Assembly (NCBI GenBank): GCA_018985225.1
Contig: JADGIF010000022.1
Location: 6,172 to 38,171 of the forward strand
Source of the DNA: Amoeboradix gromovi X-113
Lineage: Eukaryota > Fungi > Sanchytriomycota
Reading direction: 5' to 3'
DNA: 32,000 bases
Both the position numbers and the translations under genes were made by a program. Of this stretch, positions 19,456 to 28,693 are shown in pieces. Every line of letters begins with the position of its first letter. Position 1 is the first letter of the stretch. Below the pieces are notes generated by a model. That model searched no databases and had not been told where the DNA came from. It worked only from the letters and a program-made list of their open reading frames with translations.

Positions 19456-20229
19456 ATGTTAATTAGCTATAGTAGATCGCTGAACAAATACACAACAACG
19501 CTAGCACATAATCTTGATAATATTCTGCAAAATAGCAACGGCGTGTACACGACTTGTAGAGCATTTGAAAGTAAAATTTTTATGTTTTCCCATCATTTAG
19601 ACAGAATAAAGAATGGTTTATTACAATCTAACATCTTATTCAGTAAGTCTGATGAGGACATTATAAGGAACATAATTAAAAAGAACTTGAACGGCTTTGA
19701 TAGAGTTACAATCATCTTTGACAACAGTAACATTTTTGCAAGTTTTGCTAATGTTTCCAAGATAAATTCAACTGTATCTGTTAAAGCTATCGTAGGTAAA
19801 CGTGACAACGCGAATGTAAAGAGCGTGAAATGGGTTAATCAGAGAAAAGAATATGAGAAATTTATAAATGAGGATGTTAACGAAGTCATTTTAACAGACA
19901 AGAATGGAAATTGCTATGAAGGGCTCTCATCTAACTTTTATGCAGTTGTGGGAGATAAAATATACACTGCACCTTTGGCTTATGTATTGCCTGGTACCGT
20001 ACAACAACTTGTTATTGATTTATTTCCTGATAGAGTGGTCTATCAATTCCCGAATATAAATGATATCTGGGATGCCGCAATTATATCATCAACATCAAGA
20101 CTAGTGCTCGGAGTTGATAAATTATATTTTCAAGATAAAGTCAAAGAGTTAGACAAAGACAACAGGGTCGTACGACAGGTGCAAGAGAAGCTATATGAAG
20201 CTGTTGTAAGTAAATCTGAAGTAATGTAA
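19456..20229 (+). CDS. PLP-dependent aminotransferase class IV family protein
   Basis: GVYTTCR, HHLDRI, CYEGLSSNFY, VLPGTV, SSTSRLV. First ATG at 19456. Confidence 0.85.
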   Translation: MLISYSRSLNKYTTTLAHNLDNILQNSNGVYTTCRAFESKIFMFSHHLDRIKNGLLQSNILFSKSDEDIIRNIIKKNLNGFDRVTIIFDNSNIFASFANVSKINSTVSVKAIVGKRDNANVKSVKWVNQRKEYEKFINEDVNEVILTDKNGNCYEGLSSNFYAVVGDKIYTAPLAYVLPGTVQQLVIDLFPDRVVYQFPNINDIWDAAIISSTSRLVLGVDKLYFQDKVKELDKDNRVVRQVQEKLYEAVVSKSEVM

Positions 20230-20242
20230 TATCAAATGTTTA

Positions 20243-20725
20243 CGTTGGGACACCAAATATAAAAACTAGACTAACTCGTTTTTAAATGAGGTGCACCATA
20301 CGGAGGAAATCATTAATAAAAGATCTTCTATTATACCACTTTTCTTTCATTGATTGTATTCCCTCTTCAAAATAAAAGTAGAAGACCCTGCATCTCGTTC
20401 AAATATACGAGGTCTTTGAGCATCTAAACAAAAGGTGCATTTTCTTAGACGGTGCTCTTTTCTAGAGTCATTTTGTAATGTTATACTAACATCGTTACTC
20501 TTGTCTATTCTAGTTTTTACAGAGTAATAGTGATATTTTATTTGAAATAAAGATTGGATGAAAGAGTAAGAGAATAGCTTTACAGAATATTTATTTTTGA
20601 AATTTCAATACAAAAAGTTATTTATTCTCCTTTTATACTCGTCAACTCCGCAACTAGCTGAATGTCCAGTCGCCTCTTGAATCCATAAAGTAATAAAGCT
20701 GAAATAATGTTCCAGGTTGTAACTT
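20243..20725 (-). mobile_element. Non-autonomous TIR element (Fanzor1 remnant), 5' TIR lost
   Basis: TA|CGTTGGGACACCAAATATAAAAACTAGACTAA at 20241-20274. Minus-strand peptide KEHRLRKCTFCL...IFERDAGSSTFILK...FPPYGAPHLKTS*. 20628-20720 is near-identical to 31907-32000. Confidence 0.8.
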
Positions 20726-20755
20726 TCTGGGTTTATCGGCCTCAAAAGGGATAAT

Positions 20756-20827
20756 AGGCATTGCCGAGATTCGAACTCGGGTTGTTGGATTCAAAGTCCA
20801 AAGTGATGCCAGCTACACCACAACGCC
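20756..20827 (-). tRNA. tRNA-Gln (anticodon TTG)
   Basis: Acceptor GGCGTTG/CAATGCC, anticodon arm TTGGA-CTTTGAA-TCCAA, T arm CCGAG-TTCGAAT-CTCGG. No intron; TTTT terminator shortly downstream. Confidence 0.97.
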
Positions 20828-21014
20828 ATATAGTTCAGGCCACTAATGAGATTGAAATAACACAAAGCACATTTACAAACTAAGGTGTTCTTATGTCACA
20901 TACAACAAAAACGTTCAGATTGAATTTAACAATTAAAGAATTGTTGACTCCATTGATATGACAGACGCCAAATATTTGCACTAATCTAGAAGTTCAATTA
21001 GATTGTTTAGAATC

Positions 21015-21670
21015 TGAGGTATCAAAAAGTAAAACTAGATTGAGCATTTGCAACAATAGATATCAAGACTGGCCATGTCAAATATATTTTATACCATTTA
21101 TTACGAAGCAGGATGCTTATTAGCTGCTTGATCTATTTATCCTTGATGTTCATGATATAAAGAGCATCCTTGCTTTCGCTAAATTTGTGCAAACTACTAC
21201 AGCTGTCTCGAGAAATATTTGACTATCATCTACTTACTATTGCATGGAAACAAATTATTCATGTTGGCCATGTACAATCCTTACCAGAATATTAGAATGA
21301 TGCCACCACAATGACTGAACTCACCTTATTATCCGCAAATAAAGCGGCCTTGCTGTGTCTTAACTGGTCTACTGACTTGGAAGGAAAGCGTTGGTACTAA
21401 ATACTCCAGAATATAGTGCTTTCATTGCATGCATAGCTGTCATAGAAGTGACGGCAAGTAGACTAGCACTCAGCGGTACTTTCTTGCCCAAAGATCTTGC
21501 TGCTGTACCCACTCTTATGCAGTAGCGGATAAGTTATGTGAATATATGTAACACACTTCTCAAGTCAGCGATCGCCTGCTAACAAACGACTATAGAAGAG
21601 AATGTTAGAGAAGAATGATAGCAGAACTTCATCGCCTACTTTTTAGGTGATAAAATATGGGGTGTTTCTA
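21015..21670 (+). mobile_element. Possible highly decayed member of the same TIR family
   Basis: TGAGGTATCAAAAAGTAAAACTAGATTGA (21015-43) resembles the TIR. Broken fragments RMMPP..SPYYPQI/NKAALL and RSDGK.TS recall Fanzor1 mid-protein motifs. Confidence 0.3.
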
Positions 21671-21738
21671 CAAAAATTAGATAGTTTTCAGAATGATTGT
21701 CAAACTGAAAATTCACACAAAAAGAAAACACAAGGAGA

Positions 21739-22273
21739 ATGTCTTCCTTTTCTTCATCTAGCTTTGCGAAGCACTTATTAAGAGCAGAGACAAACAAAAC
21801 TACAGGAGAAAGCGATTTAAACGCTCAAGCAAATTTCAATTCGAATTGGGCAAATGAGAAAGGCGTTTGGTTGACAGCTTTAGTTTTGATAGGAAGCTTT
21901 AAAATTCTATTCGGAATAATTCCGTACATATCAGTTGAGTTGTCATGGACTCTGACAAATATTTCGTACAACTTAGTACTCTTTTCTAATTTAGGTCACA
22001 TACTTACTTTTTCATCAATGGTATGGAACTCCTTTTGAGTTTAATCAAGGTGCTTGTGATGATTTAACCTTGTGGGAACAGATGGATCATGGTGATTTAT
22101 TTACTCCTTCTAAAAAGTATTTTACTGCACTACCAATACTTTTGTTTTTATGTTCAACGCATTACACTCACTATGATATTCCTACATTTTGCACCAATAT
22201 AGCTGCCTTGTTACTAAATCTTCTTCCCAAAATCTCGCCGGAACCAAAAGAGGAAGATGACAAATTAAAGTAA
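21739..22273 (+). CDS. ORM1: ORM1/ORMDL sphingolipid regulator; exons 21739-21975 and 21995-22273
   Basis: NFNSNWANEKGVW, WTLTN; spliced product NL|VTYLLFHQWYGTPFEFNQGACDDLTLWEQMD, FTPSKKY, STHYTHYD. Confidence 0.95.
21976..21994 (+). other. 19-nt spliceosomal intron (gtactcttttctaatttag)
   Basis: GT-AG with a CTAAT branch motif. Removal restores the conserved ORM1 frame exactly. Confidence 0.9.
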
Positions 22274-22284
22274 AAAATTATATT

Positions 22285-22602
22285 TTATTTTATCAACTCT
22301 TGAAGTATTTTCACCAAATCTTCTTCTTCAGCCTTGCTTTCTTTAATATAATCTTCCAAATCGGCTAAAGTCGTTTTCGGAGGCCTTGCTATATTTACCA
22401 ACTGTTGAACCCGAGGTTGAATAATCCGATCTACAATGTCAACTGGAAGTGATTTCGGAAAATTCTCGTTTTTCAGTATCCTGTTTATAGCAGTAAGTAG
22501 CCGTGAATTTAGAGTATTAAATGCCACAGGATCTGTCATCTTCATATCCCACCAATTTGTACCGTCTATTAATGATTGCAATTCATTAAATTGTTCCTCC
22601 AT
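22285..22602 (-). CDS. Hypothetical protein, 105 aa
   Basis: ATG-initiated ORF filling the gap between neighbours; no family recognised. Confidence 0.6.
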   Translation of the reverse strand: MEEQFNELQSLIDGTNWWDMKMTDPVAFNTLNSRLLTAINRILKNENFPKSLPVDIVDRIIQPRVQQLVNIARPPKTTLADLEDYIKESKAEEEDLVKILQELIK

Positions 22603-22636
22603 TTCTTCCCCTTAAAAAATATTCACCCTTCTTGGG

Positions 22637-25618
22637 TTAAAATTCATTAATTTTTACTAGCTTCTTGTTTATCATCTCATAGTAGCTGTCACCATCTACA
22701 TACGTATGTGATACCATTAAAATTATTTTGTTTAGACCACGTAGCGCATTCACGACAATTGTAGTCATTTCCGCATCTAATGCACTTGTCATCTCGTCGA
22801 GCAGCAAAACCTCCACATTCTGCAAAAGGGCTCTCATTATGACTATTCTTTGTTTTTCACCTCCACTCAAATTCAGCTCAGAATTATTTTTGCGAAGTTT
22901 ATTCCATAAATGCTTCATCTTAAATAACTCAAAATAGTTCTTCAATTTTGTATCATCTATTTCGTTTCCCATACAGATATTCTCATATATTGTTGTGTTC
23001 AAATAGCAATCATGCACGTATAATATCTTGCTATTGTAGTTTCTTATTATCTTACCTCTACATGGATACAGATTTGCAATAATCTTAAGCAATGTCGTCT
23101 TCCCTGCTCCACTTTGCCCTTTTATTACATGTAATCCCTTGTAAAATGTTATGCTACAATCAACTATGATGTTTTCAAAACAAATGTTGTCCAGCTTGAC
23201 ATATTCAACTGGTGAGAAAATGTAGTTGTCAATTTCATTTAGGCTAATGTGGGTTTTTACGTAGTACATCAGTCTTCTAAGTATCGTCAGATTACCCAGA
23301 TTCCCAATAAATGAACTAAGTTGTACTCCAGTCATAACTATTACTCCAACTACGATACTGCCATCTTCCTTACTTAGCGAACCGCTTAGTAGTAATAAAC
23401 TAGTGAGATGTATTACTATTAGTAGTAATATTAGCGGCAATGCATCGAATATGCTGGACAACAACGACTTCAAAAACACAAATTTATTAAGTTCTGATAA
23501 ATGTTTCAATTTATAATATTCCAACAGACTGCTAATGTATTTGCGCTGATTAGAGTTTAGCATAATTATACTTGTTGATAAATCCTGAATAAACTGATAG
23601 TATTTTAATAATTTTAGTTCCAAGGATTGAAACTGTATGTTTATTAATTTAACTGCGGGTAATACACAGGCTACGAGAAATACTATATAGCCAGTATAGT
23701 GTTGTAGCATGTACACAACTACAGATCCACTGGCAATTATAGTTGCAAATGTTTTAACAGTGGTCATGAGTACATGGCAGCTGTAATATTGGATATTACC
23801 AACATACTCGGTATAATATAACAAAAGATCTGCATTGTAGTGTTTACTATATAATAACAAGTTTCTCAACTTAACTGACAAACGACTTTCTAAGAAATAT
23901 GAGCTAAACTGTGTATTGCACTCAACAAATGCATTTAGAGCACCTGCAATGCACAATTGCATAGAAACAGTGGATATGTCATCTGTGGTGAATAGCAATC
24001 CTATAAAATAGCCTTGAGCTGGTATCATTAGCCCACTTAAACAATGACAAGTCACAGCATAAAGAGTAAAGTAAACAGGCACAAGCCTAAAAATTTCAGC
24101 TAGAGTAGCTATGGTGCTCTGATATTCCACTTGTTCCGAGGTGCTTGTTTGAGGTGGAAACACATTCACAGGATTTTCAGTCTTGTTAGGTTTTATGGAC
24201 TTATTTGACGAAATTATCTTACCTTTTTGCAGTTCCAGGATTTTAAAGTCGTGATTAACGTTTAAATCATGGGAAACCATAATTATCTTGAGTTTTAAAT
24301 CCATTATGTGGGCCAAAACAACATTTCTGTTACTGGAATCCAAATGACTCATCGGCTCGTCTAATAACAGCCATTCCTGATCTGCATACAGCAAATATCT
24401 TATTAAATGTATTCTTTGTAATTGTCCCATTGAGAGATTGTTACAGGTCGCCTGCAAATCTAAATTTAGGTTGAATTTCATAATCAACTGGTTTAATTTA
24501 TTCAACACGTTTAGTGGCACATCTTCTATACACTTGTAGAATGGCCCCATTAGCAATATATTATGCAGTATATTACAGTTTAGAAAGTGAATTTCTTGCG
24601 ACACATATATAACTTTAGTTTTAGTAATCTCGCCCGTAAAAGGAAGCATACCGGCTATACACCTTAAGAATGTAGTCTTACCACTATTCGTATGTCCAAC
24701 AACTAGCGTGTTTTGATCTATAGTAGTCGAAATATCATTTAAAATTAGATTGTTATTCAGTCTACAACTTAACCCACTGATTTTGATTTCAGAAGAAACA
24801 GGTAGCCGCTTGCTATCGAGATCAAATGACTGATATAAATTACTGATTCTAGCAATAGATTCTTGTTTTCTCAGCTTTTCTTGATAATCTCTTAATATTC
24901 CACCAAGTTGTATAAGACTTAGCCCATACAAGATCATGTCAATAGCAACATTAGAAAACAGCAGATGCAACAAACTAAGCATCGAAATGCTAGAAAATTG
25001 AAATAGCGACCATCCTATCGCACTGATAGATGACTGGATAAACATTGAATGAATTGCAACATTCTGCGCAGAGTCAATTTTCTTCCGCAAGCTAGTAAAT
25101 TGAACATGTAAGCAGAAGTTGGATATGTACTCCGAGTAGTAATGAATACAATTTTGGCGGCTTTTAAGAAGCACTTTATAATTTTTATTAAGCAATTGCA
25201 AAACGACATATATGATAAACGCTGGAAAAGTAAACAATAAGGTAACCTTTATGACGGTAGTGTAGTCGTGCTTATATATCGTGAACAGCGTGACTAGCAC
25301 TGTAGTGAGTGATTGTAGAGGATTCAACGGATTTCTAAGAATTGGAATGTTGATGCTCGAAATAGAGCTAAATTCAGATGGATCCATGTTTTGCGGGTAT
25401 CGGAACAGTATATTAAGCAGCTTTGTGTGTGCACTCCAATGAAGATTGTAAATGTAAAATGCGTTGATTACACTTCGTATTAAAATATAAAATCCTAGCA
25501 TTCTTAGTAATTCATACACCTCTGTTATAAGAAACTCTGACTTTAGCACTTTTACTATATGGGAAGTCAATTCGTTGAAACTAGAATGTATAATCGCCAA
25601 AAGCATCATTAACAGCAT
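22637..25618 (-). CDS. Divergent, shortened full-size ABC transporter (TMD-NBD-TMD-NBD)
   Basis: NBD1 GHTNSGKTT / LSMGQ / LLLDEP / VSH. NBD2 GQSGAGKTT / LSGGEKQR / LLLDEMTSALD / VSH. Two hydrophobic domains. Confidence 0.9.
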   Translation of the reverse strand: MLLMMLLAIIHSSFNELTSHIVKVLKSEFLITEVYELLRMLGFYILIRSVINAFYIYNLHWSAHTKLLNILFRYPQNMDPSEFSSISSINIPILRNPLNPLQSLTTVLVTLFTIYKHDYTTVIKVTLLFTFPAFIIYVVLQLLNKNYKVLLKSRQNCIHYYSEYISNFCLHVQFTSLRKKIDSAQNVAIHSMFIQSSISAIGWSLFQFSSISMLSLLHLLFSNVAIDMILYGLSLIQLGGILRDYQEKLRKQESIARISNLYQSFDLDSKRLPVSSEIKISGLSCRLNNNLILNDISTTIDQNTLVVGHTNSGKTTFLRCIAGMLPFTGEITKTKVIYVSQEIHFLNCNILHNILLMGPFYKCIEDVPLNVLNKLNQLIMKFNLNLDLQATCNNLSMGQLQRIHLIRYLLYADQEWLLLDEPMSHLDSSNRNVVLAHIMDLKLKIIMVSHDLNVNHDFKILELQKGKIISSNKSIKPNKTENPVNVFPPQTSTSEQVEYQSTIATLAEIFRLVPVYFTLYAVTCHCLSGLMIPAQGYFIGLLFTTDDISTVSMQLCIAGALNAFVECNTQFSSYFLESRLSVKLRNLLLYSKHYNADLLLYYTEYVGNIQYYSCHVLMTTVKTFATIIASGSVVVYMLQHYTGYIVFLVACVLPAVKLINIQFQSLELKLLKYYQFIQDLSTSIIMLNSNQRKYISSLLEYYKLKHLSELNKFVFLKSLLSSIFDALPLILLLIVIHLTSLLLLSGSLSKEDGSIVVGVIVMTGVQLSSFIGNLGNLTILRRLMYYVKTHISLNEIDNYIFSPVEYVKLDNICFENIIVDCSITFYKGLHVIKGQSGAGKTTLLKIIANLYPCRGKIIRNYNSKILYVHDCYLNTTIYENICMGNEIDDTKLKNYFELFKMKHLWNKLRKNNSELNLSGGEKQRIVIMRALLQNVEVLLLDEMTSALDAEMTTIVVNALRGLNKIILMVSHTYVDGDSYYEMINKKLVKINEF

Positions 25619-25639
25619 TTTAAAATTCTCCGTCTCACA

Positions 25640-27313
25640 ATGGCAAATGATTCCTCCAGAAATGTTGTTAAAGGTCCAACTTCTGCGTTAACTAGCTTTT
25701 TAAGAAGTAGAGGCATAAATGCTAGGAATATGAATGCATATAGAACTAATATTGAAAGTGAGCCGCTGCCTGTGAATACCGAGCTGCCACAATCGCCTGA
25801 GGTGGAAGTAGTTGCAGAAGTGGAAGCGGTTGCAGAAGTAGAAGTGGAACAAACTCAAGTACCCGCAAAGAGAAGAAATTCATCTAAGAAACCAGCGAAA
25901 AAAAGCAAGGACGATGAAAGCAGTGATTTCGAAATTGATGTTCCCCGGAGACTATTGAAGTACTCTATCTCATGTTTGAAGTGCCTAAAAACCATCCCTA
26001 AGTATTATGAACGTACTTCTATTAATCTATGTAATGATTGTGACACCGATTTGCGTAAAGTTGCTACCAAGTCGTCTGCCAAATCTAAAAATCTGAGGAT
26101 GTGGCAGATACCAGATGAATTTTTGGTTCTTAAGGAGGAATCAGATGACTTTCCATCACTTGTTACCATTTGCGTTAAAATGCTAATTGACAATCTTGAC
26201 TATATCGAAGATTTGGGTGACCTGCCAGAATCCATTTTGCACAAAATATCCAAACTCATTTGTCGTTATCGGAAATTGGATTCAAGAGTATTGCTTTTAT
26301 TTATGAATGCTAATGTCGAGAACATCTACCTACCTGATTGCAATCAGCTAGTGGAAAACGACTTCGATTCAATTTTCAATATTTGTCAATTTGCTACGAG
26401 TCTTAATATTTCTTTTTGCGGGAAACTGAGAACTGGATTACGTGATCTGGTACTCAAGGTTCCTAGTCTAACCAGCGTTAAAATACATGGGGCATATTTA
26501 GCTAGTGATGATGACTGGTCCTCCTTGTTTTTACACTCGTATCATTTTGAAGTTCTTCATGTTGCACATGCTTCCAAGTTGTCTGTTAATGCTATTAAGT
26601 CACTTGCATCTTCATCCGCTAAGTATCGCAAACTTCTTGATTTAAGAATAACCCAAACTAATTTATTCAACTCTGAATGCGTGGAACTGCTGTCTGGCTT
26701 GGACTACCTGGAAATATTAGATATAAGTCATGCACATGGTGAGATCAGTGATGATTCTCTGGTTTATATGTTAACACACATTGGGCCACAACTCAAGGAG
26801 CTATATTTGAATGGTTTTAGTAGTTTATCAGATGAGGTGATACTAAAAGGTATACCGTTTTGCGTTTCTTTAACAGCTTTGTCCTTGTCTGATGCGTGTT
26901 GCGTTACGGTTGAAGCAGGATATCATTTATTGGACTCACTTGCACTAAAATTGAAATATTTGAATTTACAAAAATGTGATTTATTGGGAGTTGATGCATT
27001 TCTAATTGAGGTAATCAAGAGATATGGAAAGGAATTGGAGTACTTGAACATAAACGGTCTACGAAATATAACTACTGACTTGTTTGTAGCAATTGCGAAA
27101 TGTAAGAACTTGAAGTACTTAGATGCATCATTTTGTTCAGACTTCAACGATTTATCATTTCATACTCTAAAAGAGAATTGCCGCGAATTGGAATATGTTA
27201 CAGCATTCGGGTGTTGTGATTTAACCGAGCAAATTGCGGAAAAACATTATAATGCGAACCAAAAAGAAATAAAGATATTGGGAACGGAATATAATCATTT
27301 GATGATGCATTAA
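25640..27313 (+). CDS. RAD7: Rad7-like nucleotide excision repair LRR protein
   Basis: N-terminal VKGPTSALTSFL, CxxC...CxxC, PSLVTICVK...IEDLGDLP, AMN1-type LRRs. Confidence 0.85.
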   Translation: MANDSSRNVVKGPTSALTSFLRSRGINARNMNAYRTNIESEPLPVNTELPQSPEVEVVAEVEAVAEVEVEQTQVPAKRRNSSKKPAKKSKDDESSDFEIDVPRRLLKYSISCLKCLKTIPKYYERTSINLCNDCDTDLRKVATKSSAKSKNLRMWQIPDEFLVLKEESDDFPSLVTICVKMLIDNLDYIEDLGDLPESILHKISKLICRYRKLDSRVLLLFMNANVENIYLPDCNQLVENDFDSIFNICQFATSLNISFCGKLRTGLRDLVLKVPSLTSVKIHGAYLASDDDWSSLFLHSYHFEVLHVAHASKLSVNAIKSLASSSAKYRKLLDLRITQTNLFNSECVELLSGLDYLEILDISHAHGEISDDSLVYMLTHIGPQLKELYLNGFSSLSDEVILKGIPFCVSLTALSLSDACCVTVEAGYHLLDSLALKLKYLNLQKCDLLGVDAFLIEVIKRYGKELEYLNINGLRNITTDLFVAIAKCKNLKYLDASFCSDFNDLSFHTLKENCRELEYVTAFGCCDLTEQIAEKHYNANQKEIKILGTEYNHLMMH

Positions 27314-27327
27314 TAAATTTATTATGG

Positions 27328-28188
27328 TCAAGTCCACCCTTTACGCCATTTCTTAAATTCGATAACCTTTTCCAAGTATTTCTGGTTGAATACAGGAGCG
27401 ATGATGTCGAGATTAGTAGATGATAATAGAGATTGGATTTTAAGAATTAGTAGATTGTTATCATCCAAAATCAGTTTGCTACCCTGCTTGCGACCTTGGA
27501 CTATATATTCGGCTATGCAAAAGTCTGTCCAAAACGATAAACTGCTTGGAACCGTATTAAAAGTGATATTGACACTCGTAGAGAACAGCTCTAAATGTGG
27601 AAATATAGAATGCAAATAAGAAATAACAAAAGGCGGGACAACTTGGTTAATTATTAGGTATTTTAGCTCTATAAAAGTGGGTATCCTCTTACCTTGAAAT
27701 CCAATATTTAGCCACTTAAGTATTTTATCAGAACAGCTCATGTTCAAAAGAATTTCCGCCTGTCTTTTAGAAGGCTTAGTACGAGGGTAGAATGTCAAAT
27801 TGCTAAATTCTTTACCTCTGCAAACAGTGCCATACTTTGTAGGAATAATTCTATCATGAATTGGGGGATTGGACTGTGTGTTCGGATCGATAGAAAAGAA
27901 ACCACATGGAATTGCGCTACAAAATAAACCAACTTGGCTCGGAATTTTAATTTTTTGAACGAGGCACTTACGAATAAATGATCGTCTGGCTAGTATTTCA
28001 GCGTGGCAGTCTGTAACAACATCTTTAGAGCCCTTGTAACATTTGGTTCCACTGGACAGAGTTTCTAAAACGTGAGAACCTTCTGATATTGTAAAAATCG
28101 ATGCAAACACCGTATAATTATCTGATTTATACGGGATATACGTTTTAACTATATCTTCTGCTATGAGAGTAGCTTCAAGCGGTTTCAT
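27328..28188 (-). CDS. TAD1: tRNA-specific adenosine deaminase 1 (ADAT1/Tad1)
   Basis: LSSGTKC, DCHAEILARRSF, PCG, RTKP, MSCSDKILKW...GFQG. No dsRBD. Probable start ATG 28188; the track's upstream extension is transposon-derived. Confidence 0.88.
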   Translation of the reverse strand: MKPLEATLIAEDIVKTYIPYKSDNYTVFASIFTISEGSHVLETLSSGTKCYKGSKDVVTDCHAEILARRSFIRKCLVQKIKIPSQVGLFCSAIPCGFFSIDPNTQSNPPIHDRIIPTKYGTVCRGKEFSNLTFYPRTKPSKRQAEILLNMSCSDKILKWLNIGFQGKRIPTFIELKYLIINQVVPPFVISYLHSIFPHLELFSTSVNITFNTVPSSLSFWTDFCIAEYIVQGRKQGSKLILDDNNLLILKIQSLLSSTNLDIIAPVFNQKYLEKVIEFKKWRKGWT

Positions 28189-28189
28189 A

Positions 28190-28530
28190 TCCTGATTAAA
28201 AGTCCTGATTTCCAAGAAAATCGAGAAATTGCAGGGAGCGACTAATAATCTTAGGCGCTCCTTCATAGCTGTTTCTATCTCTTCCAGTACTCGGAGACGG
28301 TATTGAATATGATGCTTGCATTTCAAGGATATGCTCTACGCTGCAATATGGCTCTATCTACTTCCAGGTTACAGCCTGTAAATGAAGATCTCTCTAAATT
28401 TGTTTCCTTTAAATTCCTAGCCATACTGCGCGTTTGACTAATAAATGCTTCATTACATCAACTCATCTCTTTCTTACTTAAGAAGGACAAATTGACTGTT
28501 AATGCCGCAGCTTTGTGACATTCTGACTGA
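28190..28530 (-). mobile_element. Third Fanzor2 remnant (copy C)
   Basis: Minus strand CNEAFISQTRSMARNLKETNLERSSFTGCNLEVDR/HIAA...FLDFLGNQDF*. 3' DNA TTCTCGATTTTCTTGGAAATCAGGACTTTTAA matches copy B TTCTCGATTTTCTCGGAAATCTAGACTTTTAA. Confidence 0.85.
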
Positions 28531-28693
28531 ATGACTTGAACATTTCCACTATGAGAACGAAAACTTACCGGTTTTGTTTAATCAAAAGAGTATGGGAGTG
28601 ATGAAATACATGCAGTTACCGTAAATGGTTTACCCAGTGGAAGTCCCAAAGTGTAAAACATTACACAGCACTAGTTAGTGGCTTTCAAGGCTT

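Noticed and set aside
28189-28326. 46-aa N-terminal extension of TAD1 in the ORF track
   Set aside because: It starts at a TTG and is an alternative frame of the Fanzor2 remnant.
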